Below are positions 24,434-37,892 of a DNA stretch of 64,000 nucleotides, piece by piece. The stretch spans positions 35,526,001 to 35,590,000 of the forward strand of contig CM022671.1 of assembly GCA_012295275.1 (NCBI GenBank). The letters run 5' to 3'. Position numbers and translations under genes: made by a program. Under the pieces are notes generated by a model, which saw only the letters and a program-made list of their open reading frames with translations, made no database searches and was not told where the DNA came from. Position 1 is the first letter of the stretch. The number at the start of each line of letters is the position of its first letter. Source of the DNA: Chrysomallon squamiferum (taxonomy: Eukaryota; Animalia; Mollusca).

Positions 24434-24789
24434 TTCTATTTATAAATGAAATCTATTTTCTTAATTTTATTAAATGTCTTGCATTCTGTCATACTTATTA
24501 ATTTTCCTACTAAAATATATATGTGTATGTTGCCCATTTTTTAAAATGTTTTGTTTATCAGTTTAACATTTTTGTCACTTATTAAAAACGAATGCATGTT
24601 GAAATATGTGTGTGTGACTGTGTGTGTGATTAAATATTTGTAAATTTGAAATATTTTCTGTTTTGACTCATGTAACAAGAAAATATTTAATAAATGTTAC
24701 TGGAATGTTGATATAAAGAAATCCATAACAAGATGTTGGGTAGAAGTATTTTGTATTTCATTAAGATAATCTATAATTTTATATTGCTT

Positions 24790-24824
<35 letters not shown>

Positions 24825-27800
24825 ATACAGGCAGAAATATAAAGGCTTTACTTTCAAGAACATCAGCAAATTTTTTCTGAAATGTTTTAACATTAGGATT
24901 TTTTAAAAAAAAAAAAAAAAAATTAAAAAAAATGAAAGAAAATCCATTATCAAAAGCTGTGACTTCTTAGAAGAAATTAGTAAAAAAGAGGAATCCATCA
25001 TTGTAATAGAATGTGATTTTCATGATGAAATGAATCATTTTAAACAGGATGATTGGTAAACTAGAATTAAATTTGAGAGACATTAAATGCATTTTCTATT
25101 TGAATTTTGTTATGTTTTTAAAATATTTGTTTCATATTAATAAATTTAAATGAAATTATATTTATGAAAATAAAATAAAATGAAATGAAATAATTAGTAG
25201 GCATGATTTTTATGATGCTAATGCCAATTTCTTTTTTTCCTTTAGATCATCATTTAAGTAATTTGAAATAGTTTCATACTACTTTTTTTTAGTAGGTATG
25301 ATTTTAACACACACACACACACAGAAACACATGTGTCCTTCATTAAAAATTTATTTTTCTATAACAAAGATTTAAACAATGCCTTGTTCGATTTGGATTG
25401 TATCTAAATGTTTGAAACACCATTTACTGCATAACCAAATGTTTTCTCATTATTGTATTTTGTTTGCAGTAACTATGTCAAATGAGTGTATATTATTTAT
25501 TGTATTTGTAATAATGCCTGTATAAACAATTGATGCACTTTGTAACTGTCAGAAATGTATGATATACTCAATGTATAGATAATTAAATGTACATAGATTG
25601 TTTTAACATCAGGTATATACATTGCAGTGTATGTTTTATGCAGTTTACTTGTTCAGATGTTTAAAAATGTTTTTTTTTTTTTTTGTTTTTTGTAATATTT
25701 GCGAGATTTGTCTCACACCTGTAATACTTAATTACTCTTCTTGTTTTAATTTAGTTTTTAATATTGTGTTATAAATATTCATCAGCTAACAATCAAATAT
25801 TTCCTGTTTACCGAGTATTACTTGAGAATGGTAAATGCCGCTGTTGTAGGTGATGTGTATCAATCTTTGTCTTCATCAACAAAAACGAGTATATACCAGT
25901 GATTTGACTCCAACCATCCATAACCAAAATATTTTATGTCTGTACAGAATTGTCTTGTTCCGAGGCCAGTTACTTTTCACTCCTGTTTTAGCTGTCTCTG
26001 TCAGTAGAATTATTTTTAGCATCTTTTCCCAATTTGAATTAAACAGAAGATTTTAAATTTCAGTGGCATACCTTTTAGTTTTCATTATTTTTATACTTTA
26101 CCTTTTGTTTTAAAATTTTATTATTTTTATTTTTAAGAGCCAAACCTCAAAATATTATTATTTTTTTTTTTTTTTATAAATTCATCATTTATTTTTATTA
26201 AATATTTTAAAGAATGTTGAGCTGTTTATTTCATAAATTTTTGTAAACTACCAATATTTCTTTTCTTTCTTTTTTAAAAAAAAATATTTTTTCAGTTTTT
26301 TTAAAATGTCCATATGTGTATATCAGCTGTCTGTTGTTGGTTTAGAAACTGTTTGTAATATGATCTTGTTTTGTTTTTATGCTCAGGAAAATACTCTGAA
26401 AAACCTGAGATACAGGTTTTTGTGTGATCTTACCTGCAAAAATCTGTTGTATTGATATCATAATTAAAAAAAATAATAATAATAAGGTTAAGATTTTTTA
26501 TTATTATATGGTGATAAATTTGTTTTGTTTTTTGAATTTGTATTAATATAGAAAAATAACAGAAATTTTGAGATTCCATAGCTCAAAAACATTTTTTTTA
26601 AATACTCAAAAAGTGAAAATAAAAATATATATACTATTATAGAAGTGAATACATTTACATGACAGTTTTTCAGAATATTTTGATATATAAAAGTATCTCT
26701 TTTTAAATCAATTTTAATCAGAAAATTAAGACTGTTTATAAATGTGTGTAAAAATCTACATTTCTTTACAATATCAACATAACTCATTTTGCTAGGCAGG
26801 GTCACATATTTGTAAATAAGTTTTAAAATGTCTGTAGAGAAAAAGAAATTATTTTCTGACTGTTTAATGGCTTTAAACAAAATTATTGTTTTTAAATCTG
26901 ATGATAACTTACTGCTCTCGATGAATTAAGCTTGTACAGACATGCTGAAAATGTTCACGCATTTTGTCCAGCAGTGTATATAGTTTGTGAAACTTAACAA
27001 ATAATTTTCGTTATTGTTCACTGACCTAAAATAACTACAACAACCATAACAAAACACTGACATATTAGTTGATGATATTAAAATATTTTTCACTATAAAA
27101 AAACTGGTTACTGATTTTTTTGGTCTGGAAATAAAATTATACATCAGAGTGTTTTAATTTTGTGGCAAAAATCAGAATAAACTGGTTCTAAAATGGAATG
27201 TTATTTGGAATATTTCCCAGATGAATAAAAAAATATATTTTTAAAAGAAATATTTTAAAGCATTGTAGAGGTGAAAATGATATCTTGGAGCATTCTATTA
27301 TATTTAAAAGAATATTTTCATACTAAAAGGAATTTAAAAAAAAACAAAATATTACCCACCTGTCGTTTAGGAAAAAATGTAAACAACATGATAGTAAATA
27401 AAGAAAGAAAAGTAATAAAGTAAAACACTACATTTGGGACCATATTTTACAGTTTTGTACAAAAAATGTCAATAGTTCACACACAAAATATTTTGTACTT
27501 TTTACTTTTTGAACAGGGCTACTTAATTAAAAAATTGACTTGGCTGGATAATAAAACTAAAAAAACTATTCTGAATGAAAAACAGGCAGGCCTGTAGCTG
27601 TACTTTTTATGTAAACAATAAAATACGTGATGCAATAAATTATGTTAATTATTTTCAGTGTCCTGTTTGATTTTATCCATCTACAGTTTTCAGGTTATAC
27701 GCTTCTTTTTTTTTTCCGAGATAACAAAAATAATAAAGAACAAACAAATAAATCGTAGTAAAATTTGTTTAACTACTTTGAAAATGGTACGTTTATACAT

Positions 27801-28866
27801 TTTTCGAAATGTAAAAAAGACTAAAAGGAAATAAATAAAACGTTTAAAAACCCGCACTTTTTATTTCATTATATCAAAACATAACATCAGGAAAAATTAG
27901 AATAAATTTTTGGGTAATGCGTTCATTTTGAACATTTAAATAAAATTAATTATGAGATAATTATTTTTAATTTTTAACTCAATTTAAATACTGTTTTTAA
28001 TATTCAGTAACAAAACAAACACCAATGTGACGCACATAAAAGTCCGGCTTTTTAACACAGCACAACAACACACACACATCACAATGTCAAGAGACTTAGT
28101 CATGTTTAGAGTAACATTCTTTCTTTCAGTAAAGTTTTGTCAATTTTATCTTCTTCCTGGTATCACAGAACACAATACAACAAAGCAAACCTGTCATGTT
28201 TGGCAAAAGAACAAAACCAAAAAAAAAAAAAATATAATAAAATTTGAATATTTAAGATTAACCTTTGGCAAATATCTCATTAATTCTTTGACCATATTCT
28301 GTACATTAGATCAAAGTTGACACGGTAGGAATTATGTAAACTGAAATTAGATACAGTGCAAAAACAAAAACAGCAATTCCTTATAAAGTGTAAAATCACT
28401 TTGTGGTGGAAAATAAAGCTTTTGATCAATGAAAAAACAATAATGAAAATTACCTATTTAAAACCTTCAGTAAATGTTGATAGTTTAATTATGGCACAAT
28501 AATAACAAAATTACAATTATACATCTGTACAATGATCTTCCATGGATGACAGGATGTATGTATATAATATACACCAAGGTTTATCTTAAACAACTTAAAT
28601 TTACATAATAAAGCCCATAAAAGTATTCTTTATGATATCCAAGCAATGGTGACATTGGATTTTAACAATGAAAGTAGCTAAGCTGTGTAATGATTCTTAT
28701 TAAGTGACTATTTTTTAAACACATTAAAATAAGTAACTAATGATTAATCTCAAAAACACATTCATTATTGTATTGTATCTAAATAAAAATGTCTGTTTTG
28801 TTGGCACTGAACACTGGTATGGAATGGGTTGTTAAAGACATTTAGATGTTATAAAAGTTAAACATG

Positions 28867-31800
28867 TCACAGCTTTGACTGAACTGGTTTCTCTACAAAC
28901 TCTCTCCACCATCTCGGTCTTCTAAACACATCTTTGCCTTGGGTCATGGCATTATACAGGTTTTTATATATCTGAAAAATAACAAAAATACTTGTACCCA
29001 ACATATTTCATTTTTCTTTGAATATTTGAAAAAATGATTAACAATAACAATGAGAGCATGATGGTAAAACTAACAATACTTCTTATCATTAACATCAGAA
29101 CTGAGAACAAACATTTGCTAGCATTGTTCTTTTGGGTTTTATTTTGTATATTTTTTAAATGTTTTAATTAATATGCTATTGAAGTTATAAAATAACAGCT
29201 GACTTTTAGGTATATAAATTTTAGAACAACTTTTAACTCTGCTGCATGCATATTTATTTACTTAGGTTTGGAGCTTTTCTCTAAAACTCATTTTTTTATT
29301 CCTTTTTTTTTTTTTTACACATTATATTACCAATGTTAAAAATTGATTTTTAAAAGATTTCTCACCTGACCATCCGACATGCCGATGGGAGAGTTGAGTA
29401 CGAAGTCAGGAGGAGCTATTACATCAACAAGGGCAACAGCATCATCCTTCAACTCTCTACACATGCACAGAATAGCTTCATGAATAATCCTTGGAGGATT
29501 GCTCCCACTGATGTACCCACCTGATATTAAAATAATTAAACTGTTTTAAATCATATATTATTTAAATTAAATTCTCATACATAAACATGTAATATGATAT
29601 TACAGTGAATGAATCTTTATGATATCCCATCACAAATAAAACTTAACTTCTGGATATAAAGATAAATACATGCAAATACACACACATAAACAGGTGTCTC
29701 TGCATTTGTAGATCTTGCAAACATTTTGTTCAGTATCCTACTATGAATTACTCTGCTAAGTTTAGAGACTGTTACAAAATTAAAAAATATCACTGTTAAT
29801 ATTTTTGACAGTATTAAATTTTAGTGATTAAAATGGAAACACTAATAAAATTTTAGAACAGAAAACAAATTCCTTTCTATATAAACAGAAACACACAATT
29901 TTATAATTTTCAAAAGTGTTCATGGTGGACAATGAATAAATCTGAAAATTATGTGTAATTTTGTCCTGCCCTAATAACTTTATACAAATGATGCTCTGCA
30001 CCACTGTAATTAGCCAAATATTTTAAGTGCAATATCTCTCTGAATCAGAACTGAGACTAGCACACAAAACTGGCTACACAATCAGTACAGGGACAAATGT
30101 AAGTGATAAAATATGATTCAAATACAGAATTTAGTGGTGTAACTAATGTATGACTAATGGGCAACTGCCCTTGTGACCACTAAGCACTTTATATTAGACT
30201 TGACTGGTATTTGTTTAGCTGATTTTCAGGTAGAGTTATCTGAAAGTGTCAGATGACAGTGCTTGCCATAGGTTCTATTACCTGTAGATGTGCCCTTGCC
30301 AGTGTTTACAAACCTCACCTTGATAGAAAGTGGAGATATGTTTCTCCATGCTCCAGAGGCCGTAGAGAACACACATTCTGTGTAGAACTGGTTTCAGACT
30401 TTCTGGAGTCGGCTGTCCATTCTTCTCTTCAACAAGCTGAGCAAACCTTTCCAAGATGACGTGCTGAAAAAAAAATGCTTCATCTAATGATGAACTCAAC
30501 ATATTTTTAATCTACTTTTATGTGCCACCATAATTATGGTTAAGATGATACTGTACAGAAACCCAATGCCATATAAAACATGGGCTATTCTTTTTCTATA
30601 CCTTGGTCATCAGCAAAAGATATGTTATATATACCTTCACATATACAGGAAAAGAAAAGAAACAGCAAAGATCCAATCAGTGAAGCACTGGCTAGAATGG
30701 GAAATGTCTCTTGACAGAGTACTGAATTACCTCAACACAAAAAACTTTACAGATTGATTAAAAAAAAAATTAAACACAGCATTTCTGGTATTGTAATCAG
30801 AAATTATGTATTAATTTATAAAACGAAGCTAAATAAGAGAAGACAAAAAAGAGATAATAATATCAATAACATAGTGTTTTATAAACAGACAGCTATGTGT
30901 GTGTTATGAAGTAGTAGTGAGATGTACTCACCTCAATGTAGGCTATGGACAGTGTTCTGCAGTAGTAGGCCTGGCTGTCATTGCGTGCTGTGAATGGATC
31001 TTTACCAGCAACTGTCTGTTCTTGAAGTCTCTGTGCACTTTCCACCAACAAATAGCAAACCAGCCACTTGTAAGCGTCCAGTATGACTACAAAATAATTT
31101 TAACCTGTATACATATTTTTAACACGACATGGAAGATATATATATTCACGAAATATTATTCAATTCTAAAAAAGTTCCTTTTAAACCATCTTCTCTGAAA
31201 CAAAAGCAGTGCCACTGGTATTACTTTGCATGTTGTAACCAGACTAGTGAAAGAGATTTAAACATATACTTGATCAAATATTTTACTATCTGTCTAAGAT
31301 TTAATAAATGATTTCTAACCTGATGGTTTCAGACAGTCAGACATCATTTTACAGGTAAACTTGGACTGCAGAATCTGGTCTAAGTTACCCAGAAAGTAAA
31401 CACTGTTTAGAGGTGTTTCTAGAGGCTGTCCTGAATATTAAGAAATAAATAAACACAATTATATCAATCTATAGGAAAAAACAGATTAAAACATGGCATG
31501 AAAATTCAGTATTTCATTCCAAAACATTCTTATAAAAAACCCACAAATTATTATGTGTGACGCATTGATTTTTGTATGAACATGTTTAAATTGAAACTAC
31601 AGCATAAGCTACTCTTAATTAAACAGCAGCAAGGAATCTTTTACTCAGATTCTTCAACAGTAAGAAAGGAATAAATGTTTTATTTACTGAAGCTTTTAAC
31701 ACATTCTTAATCTTAGGTTTCTGTATAAATCATTATACACATAATTCAGGTTTATACAGATAATGAGAGAGGAAACATGCTCAAACCACCCAGCAAGCTA

Positions 31801-34800
31801 CTCTTTTTTTACCAGCAGCAAATTATCTTTTATATCATTTTGCTATATTTAAAAAAGCACATATGATGATTTTTGAGAAGCATTCTAAAGAAGACTAGCC
31901 AAGTGACTAATCAACATTTAGGTGAGACTTCAACCACTTATTGAGTATTTGTGTATTTAATTTACAATACAGTAAATACTACAAACCTTTTTTCAGTTTA
32001 GCCTCATCCAGCATGCCTAACAGATAGTTGCTGGTCTGTTGTAGTATGACGTTGTTGTCACCCTCGTACGTCAAGTTAGGATCATTGTCATTTCTCAAAT
32101 CACCCAGTCGGCTAACTGCACAAAATAAAACATAAAGTAAAAATACAAATATTTACTGAAGGAACAAAATAAATGAAAACAAAACTATGAAACTGTAAGT
32201 TATAAAATAAAAATTAAAAATCATACTGTTTCTGCTGTTTTTTTCATAACAGAGAGAGATACACCCTAAAGAAATTTACTTAATTTGGAATTTATTAATT
32301 AAAAATTTTAAAAATCAGAATGAAAGTTAATAGTGACCTTTTAAGTATCCATGACCACCACAAGCCTCTCTACATTCCTGAATTCCATCTCTCGCTAGCC
32401 AGCCAGAGACAGGTTTACTAGCACACGACAAAGCATGGATCTCACGCCCCAGTTCCGCCTGATAAAACAAGTTAGCGAACTGTAACGTACTTGTTAGGGT
32501 ACTTAATAATAAAAATAATTATTAACTGTTTAAAATATTTATTAACTTTCCTTGTAGTAAATTTTGTCATGCTGCAACTTGCAGATTCTTTTATTCAGAA
32601 TAATACCTCACATTAAGATCATGGTAAAATTTAAGTCTTTCTCTACAATATCTTTATATGTTTAATGAAAAATGTGTTCATACTCTTAATATTCTTACTG
32701 TTATTATTATTGACTGAAATATTTCACAGCAACCAACTACAGTTACCATTTAACCCACAAATACTGAACTTATATCTATATTTAATATTTATAAAAGAAG
32801 AAGAAATGAAGTTCATGTAGTTTGGTTTTACTTTTTGATGTCATGTTTACATGCAGGTAGTATTGTGTAAGTTTATGTACACATCAAAATCAAAAAGTTT
32901 AATCATCTGACCTGTCTGTCACTTGTGTCTCCAATCATCATCCCAATTCTTAAAGAAACATAGTCTAAGAAGAACGTGTGTGTGTAGTGTAATATCCCAT
33001 ATGTCGCTGCCAAGTAGGGAAGAAGACGCCATTGCTAAAACAAAACAAAAAAAAGAAGAAAAGAGAAGAAAAATAACATTTAAATGTAGTGATGAAAGTT
33101 AGTGAAAAAATAAATAAAGAAAAGTATTTTTCTTATTTCTGTCAATGTAACTATATAGTCTGGTTAATAATTATCTAACTAATAAAACTACTCCTTAAAG
33201 AAGTTTATCCCAGATTCACAGAAATTGTTTTTATTTTTATACTGAACATATAGCTTTTTCTGGCTTTTTTGTAAACATGTTTCTAATTCTTTATATAAAT
33301 GAAAAACTTTAACAAAAAATTTAACAATAGCAGTACTTTAACCACTTAATAATTTAACATCATTAGTTTTCTTATCACCGAAAGTTATGTATCCAGATAC
33401 AACCTATCATTAATCATAAACTGTTACAGATATTTTACACTGGTGTGTATCTACCTGTAGCTGGTATTCCAGGATTGGAATTTCTTTGTCTGCTGGTCCA
33501 AACTGCTGCCGTACAGCTGAGTAGCGGACAGCAATAACCAGAGCGACTGACAGGTTGATGTTACAGTTCCCTGTGATACCCACTCGTCCTGCAGACAGAG
33601 CTCCCAGCGAGGCTCCAAACCTCTTCTTAGCATCCTGAAACATTAAACAAATAAGTATTTAACTGTTAGAATAATACATAAATATTTAACAATGAGAATA
33701 ATACATAAATATTTAACTGTTAGAATAATAAATAAATATTTAACAATGAGAATAATAAATAAGTATTTAACTATTAGAATAATAAATAAATATTTAACTG
33801 TTAGAATAGTAAATAAATATTTAACTATGAGAATAATAAATAAATATTTGACTATGAGAATAATAAATAAATATTTAACTAGTAGAATGCTGGAGGTAGG
33901 TCATCTTACTCAAACTGACACATGTCATACAATATACACTGTCTCCACAAATTTATATCTCAGTAACATCAGCTTGAAGTAATAAACCAAAAATATTAAT
34001 GTTCTAACCTAAAATGGCCACAATACTTTTTTCTTTTCTTTTTGCAAAACAGTACAATTTCTTAATAAACAGAAACTTGGTGGTGACATTTAATTTGATA
34101 ATTTTTCAAGCAACAGATATTATAAAATATTGGGATATTAATTATCTTAGGGTTTGTTTTGTTTTTTTAAATAAAAAGACATGGAAAGTTAGCGTTACAT
34201 ATATACAATTACATTATTTTTGTCCAGAATCAAGACTGATAACTCTCAAAATATCTTAACAGTTCTTGCTACTAGGTCAGATTTGAATTTGAATTTACTC
34301 AGGTGTTTAAACATTGTAAATATAACTCAGATATAGCCATTTATCTATTAAACTGATGATGTACAAAATAATAAATATATTTCACAACATTTGATATACC
34401 AATAAATAACTATCACACTACAATAAAAATAAATATTTAAAGTCAGTCAACAATCAGTTAAATAATATAATTTAAAATATGAAAAGACCAATAAAATTTA
34501 AAACATTTTGATTTGTATATTATGGTATTTGTTTTAGTCTATTTCTGAAATTTAGAAATAGATATAAATTTGGAGCAGCATTTAAAATTTATACTTGTAT
34601 TTTTGTAGAACAGAATATATTTCAAGACTGGTAGGAATGTTTGCATACGAAAATAAATAATTTTTACCTTCACTGGTGTCACATACTGACCATCTGGTGT
34701 AACATCTCCAAATTTATCTAACAAGTTCTCTCTGGGAATTCTGTACTGGTTCAAAGCTAGAAAACTGAATTTTTAAAAAAAGAGAGAAAAAAAAAAGAAT

Positions 34801-36149
34801 GATATTCAAAGCAAAATTTAATAGCTTGGTGTGAGCAAAAAAATCTAAATATTGGTATTTAGTTTCCATCTCGACCCATGTCTCTAAAACTGATATATCG
34901 AAGATCATGAATGTACTTTATGTGAGAAAGTATATAAAAACATCCGTATGGTTAACTTGCTAAACTATCCCACATCAAAAAAAAAATGTAAGTCTCATAG
35001 ATAAATCTTTCTTTATTAAAACAATTTAGACAAAATACATCTACATTTAAAAGTTGTTCTTGTATTTTAATTCATTTCAACAGTTCATACCCATTATCAA
35101 GACCATTCAGTCCTATTTTCTCACCCATGTCGCCTACAGTGACACCTGGTAGAGTGAGGAGTGTTTTTGGATCTCGTACAGGGACTACAAACATGTGCAG
35201 TCCATGACAAACTTTGTCTGGTGTGTACAGCTGAGCATACACCAAGGCATGCGTAGCCGACTTTCCTAAATTACCAATCCAGATTTTTATTGCCTCAAAG
35301 TCTGGAGTGTTCAAAACAAATTCCTAAAAAAATAAAAAAAAAAAATATAATAATAATATTAATAAAAGTCAAATTTTAAAAGAGAGAACATTTATAATAA
35401 AAATAAAAGAATAAGACAAAGAACATTTGTAATTGAAATTTATAATAAATGAAATTATTAACAACAGATTCTGTAGAGATAAAATGGAACTTTTGGTATT
35501 AAAGTTAAAATATACCATGTAATAAAATCTTATTTTTCCCAATTCGTCTGTTATTTTACAAGAGTAATTTTAGACTGATATATTTTGTGAATGTTTTATT
35601 TATTTTCATATTTAGAAAAGATGCAAGATACCTTTGTGACTGGGTCGTAGATAGCTGTTGTTCTTACAGCTTTTGTGTTACTGCCATGACTGAACTCAGT
35701 CAACGCAAAACACCCATAATGCTGTAAAGCAGAAACATTTCCTTTGTGTGATTTTATTATGAATAAAACTTAAAAAATTATCATTTCCAAAGCATCAACA
35801 TAACATTATCAATTTTTAACAAAAATTAGAATACAACTGAATAATATTTTGCTATAATAAATGGGATTTGCTATTAACTTTTTTCAAGTATTTGTATTTG
35901 TATAAATGTATATCAGCCCTCTATAATGAAAATATTTGCATGTAAATATCTTCACAAAGTATATAAAATTTTAAATGCATTAAAATAATCTTCTAAAACC
36001 ATTTTACAAGTGGTTTGAATATTTTGTCACTGACATAATTTGTTTCAGACCCATAGAGGAACTGTATTTATATATTTATATATTTAAATACATTTACAGA
36101 TCAATATATTTGTATTTAAATACATTTCAATGTATTTGATTTTATATTT

Positions 36150-36196
<47 letters not shown>

Positions 36197-37433
36197 TCCA
36201 TCTTACCTCAAAACTTTTGATTTTTTCTAAAAGTTCCTCATGTCTGGCTGATCCCATAGATTGAATTGTACCTGCATACAACTGTGGTGACAGAAAATAA
36301 AATATAAATTTAAAAAGTCAAAGGGAGATAAACCTTCAGAAATTCAGTTTTCCACTTATTTAATTTATTAAATTTAACTATTATGACTTTATAAATTTAT
36401 TATTCATACAAATAATTTGTATAAAATAAAATAAATCATATTTTACTGTAAGAATTTTACACAATTACTACAGTATTCACTGATTCAAATATTCGTAAAA
36501 GATAAATGTATGGATATAACATATACATACAAATAAAAAAACAATTCTACAAGGAACATTTTTTAATTATAATTGGGTTACAGACTTATAAAACGTTCTG
36601 ACCACTTTCATTATTTTTAGATATATTTTTATTTTGTCAATTATGCCATTAGACGAAATAAAAATATATCCAAGACTAATGAATGTCAACTTTTATTTCA
36701 TTAAAAAAAAAAAGATGATAATAATATTTTACTATGAGATACAACAATAAATTTAAAAAACATGTCTACCTGTCTGTTCAGCTGTATTTTGGTGGTCAGT
36801 GTTGGATCAAACATGTTGATTGTTTCAAAATGAATCTCATGTTTCAGTGGGTTGGCAAATGCCTCTTCATCTGGTAAAAAGTTATATTTCTCTATGGCTC
36901 TACTTCTCTTAAAAGCAAGTTCACGTTTTTCTTCAAGCGACAATGTATCAAAATCACGAGAAAACAATGGGTCTTTTTCCAGTGTATTCAATATTTTGTT
37001 CTGAAATTTAATGTCATAATTATTATTAAAACTGATTAATTTATTATTATGCTTAATTATTTGTAATTATTGTTATTGTTGTTGTATATGTAGTGTAATT
37101 TTCTTTTCCCTTATTTAATTTCCATGTTTCTGTTATTTCATGTTAATGATTAAATAAAATTACATTTTCAGGAAAACGTTTTTCAAATAATGATAATAAA
37201 TTAAATTTACTAAATAAGTAATTTTATTTATTTATTTATTTTCATATTTCATATTTACTTATTTGTTTATTAGTATTAATTTTTTAAACCTGAAACTGTA
37301 AAAGATCTTCTCCTGCTAAATGGAGTTTCATTAATTTCCAGTCAAAAGACGATTTCTTTCTGTAAACATCGAGTGGTCCTGGAGAAAAGTCTTTAATTAA
37401 ACGATTAACGTGAGATGTGTCATTCGCAGACAT
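28867..37433 (-). CDS. ACOX3: Peroxisomal acyl-CoA oxidase 3 (pristanoyl-CoA oxidase-like)
   Basis: 15 exons (minus strand): 37290-37433, 36770-37000, 36207-36281, 35632-35721, 35091-35323, 34668-34764, 33455-33634, 32912-33034, 32338-32458, 31987-32115, 31320-31430, 30932-31086, 30319-30463, 29366-29520, 28867-28971. 697 aa. Motifs [71 protein letters not shown], catalytic TYEGDNNV, C-terminal PTS1 -SKL*. Confidence 0.95.
31600..31870 (+). mobile_element. Decayed interspersed repeat (SINE-like), two adjacent partial copies
   Basis: aagctactctt...cagcagcaa..atctttt occurs at about 31606 and 31795, with aaggaataaatgttttattt and gagagaggaaac between them. Related cores at about 8750, 11835, 30610 and 48570. 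Confidence 0.5.
33645..33882. repeat. 27-bp minisatellite (atgagaataataaataaatatttaact) in an ACOX3 intron
   Basis: About 8 tandem units. It translates as repeating MRIINKYLT in spurious ORF 33692..33982. Confidence 0.9.
36151..36194. repeat. (CA)n microsatellite
   Basis: About 21 units, immediately downstream of an ACOX3 donor site. Confidence 0.95.
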
Positions 37434-37892
37434 TGTCTTCGTGATTTTACAGTAATGAGAAAGCTTATGCAAATTAATAAACAGGAACCCCTCTACAAAA
37501 TTTGGTCAAGGTACAGAGGGCAGACCCGGCTCTTTCGACTTGATAAAGCCAATCACATGTTCGAAATGTTGATCAACTTAGTATCCATGCATTGGTATTA
37601 GGGGTAAAATTTTAGTGTGCTTTTTAAAAACATTATCTATTTACTTAAACAATACTTTTAAAATTAATCATTAACGAAATGCTACTGTTTCCATGTTGCA
37701 TGATTTAAAAAAATGTGTTGCACAATATATATAGTATATTCTCAATGGGAACTATTTCTTATGTTTATTCTTCCGTTTTGGTGTTGAGAGGTTTTGACAA
37801 CACTGCTATTTTAGCACATGTTGCAGACGGATTTTTAGAAATTATTTTTGACAACAGAACACACGTTTTTTTCAGGTTTGATTTTATTGACA
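37434..37892. promoter_or_regulatory. Bidirectional promoter ACOX3/AACS
   Basis: The two ATGs are 459 bp apart and divergent. CCAAT at 37549 abuts E-box CACATG at 37554, reverse CCAAT (ATTGG) at 37591, DR1-like TGGTCA-A-GGTACA at 37503. Confidence 0.6.

Noticed and set aside
28860-28875. Possible stop-codon readthrough at the ACOX3 end (TGA CATG)
   Set aside because: The context differs from the TGA-CTAG readthrough motif, and the PTS1 SKL already sits directly before the stop.
33645-33982. Repeat-protein ORF (MRIINKYLT)n or CRISPR-like array
   Set aside because: Head-to-tail 27-bp minisatellite with no unique spacers, inside a eukaryotic intron, and no cas genes.
35620-35631. ACOX3 intron 4 donor GTATCTTG as a U12 intron
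   Set aside because: It deviates from GTATCCTT, has no CCTTAAC-like branch site near the acceptor, and has a normal long polypyrimidine tract.
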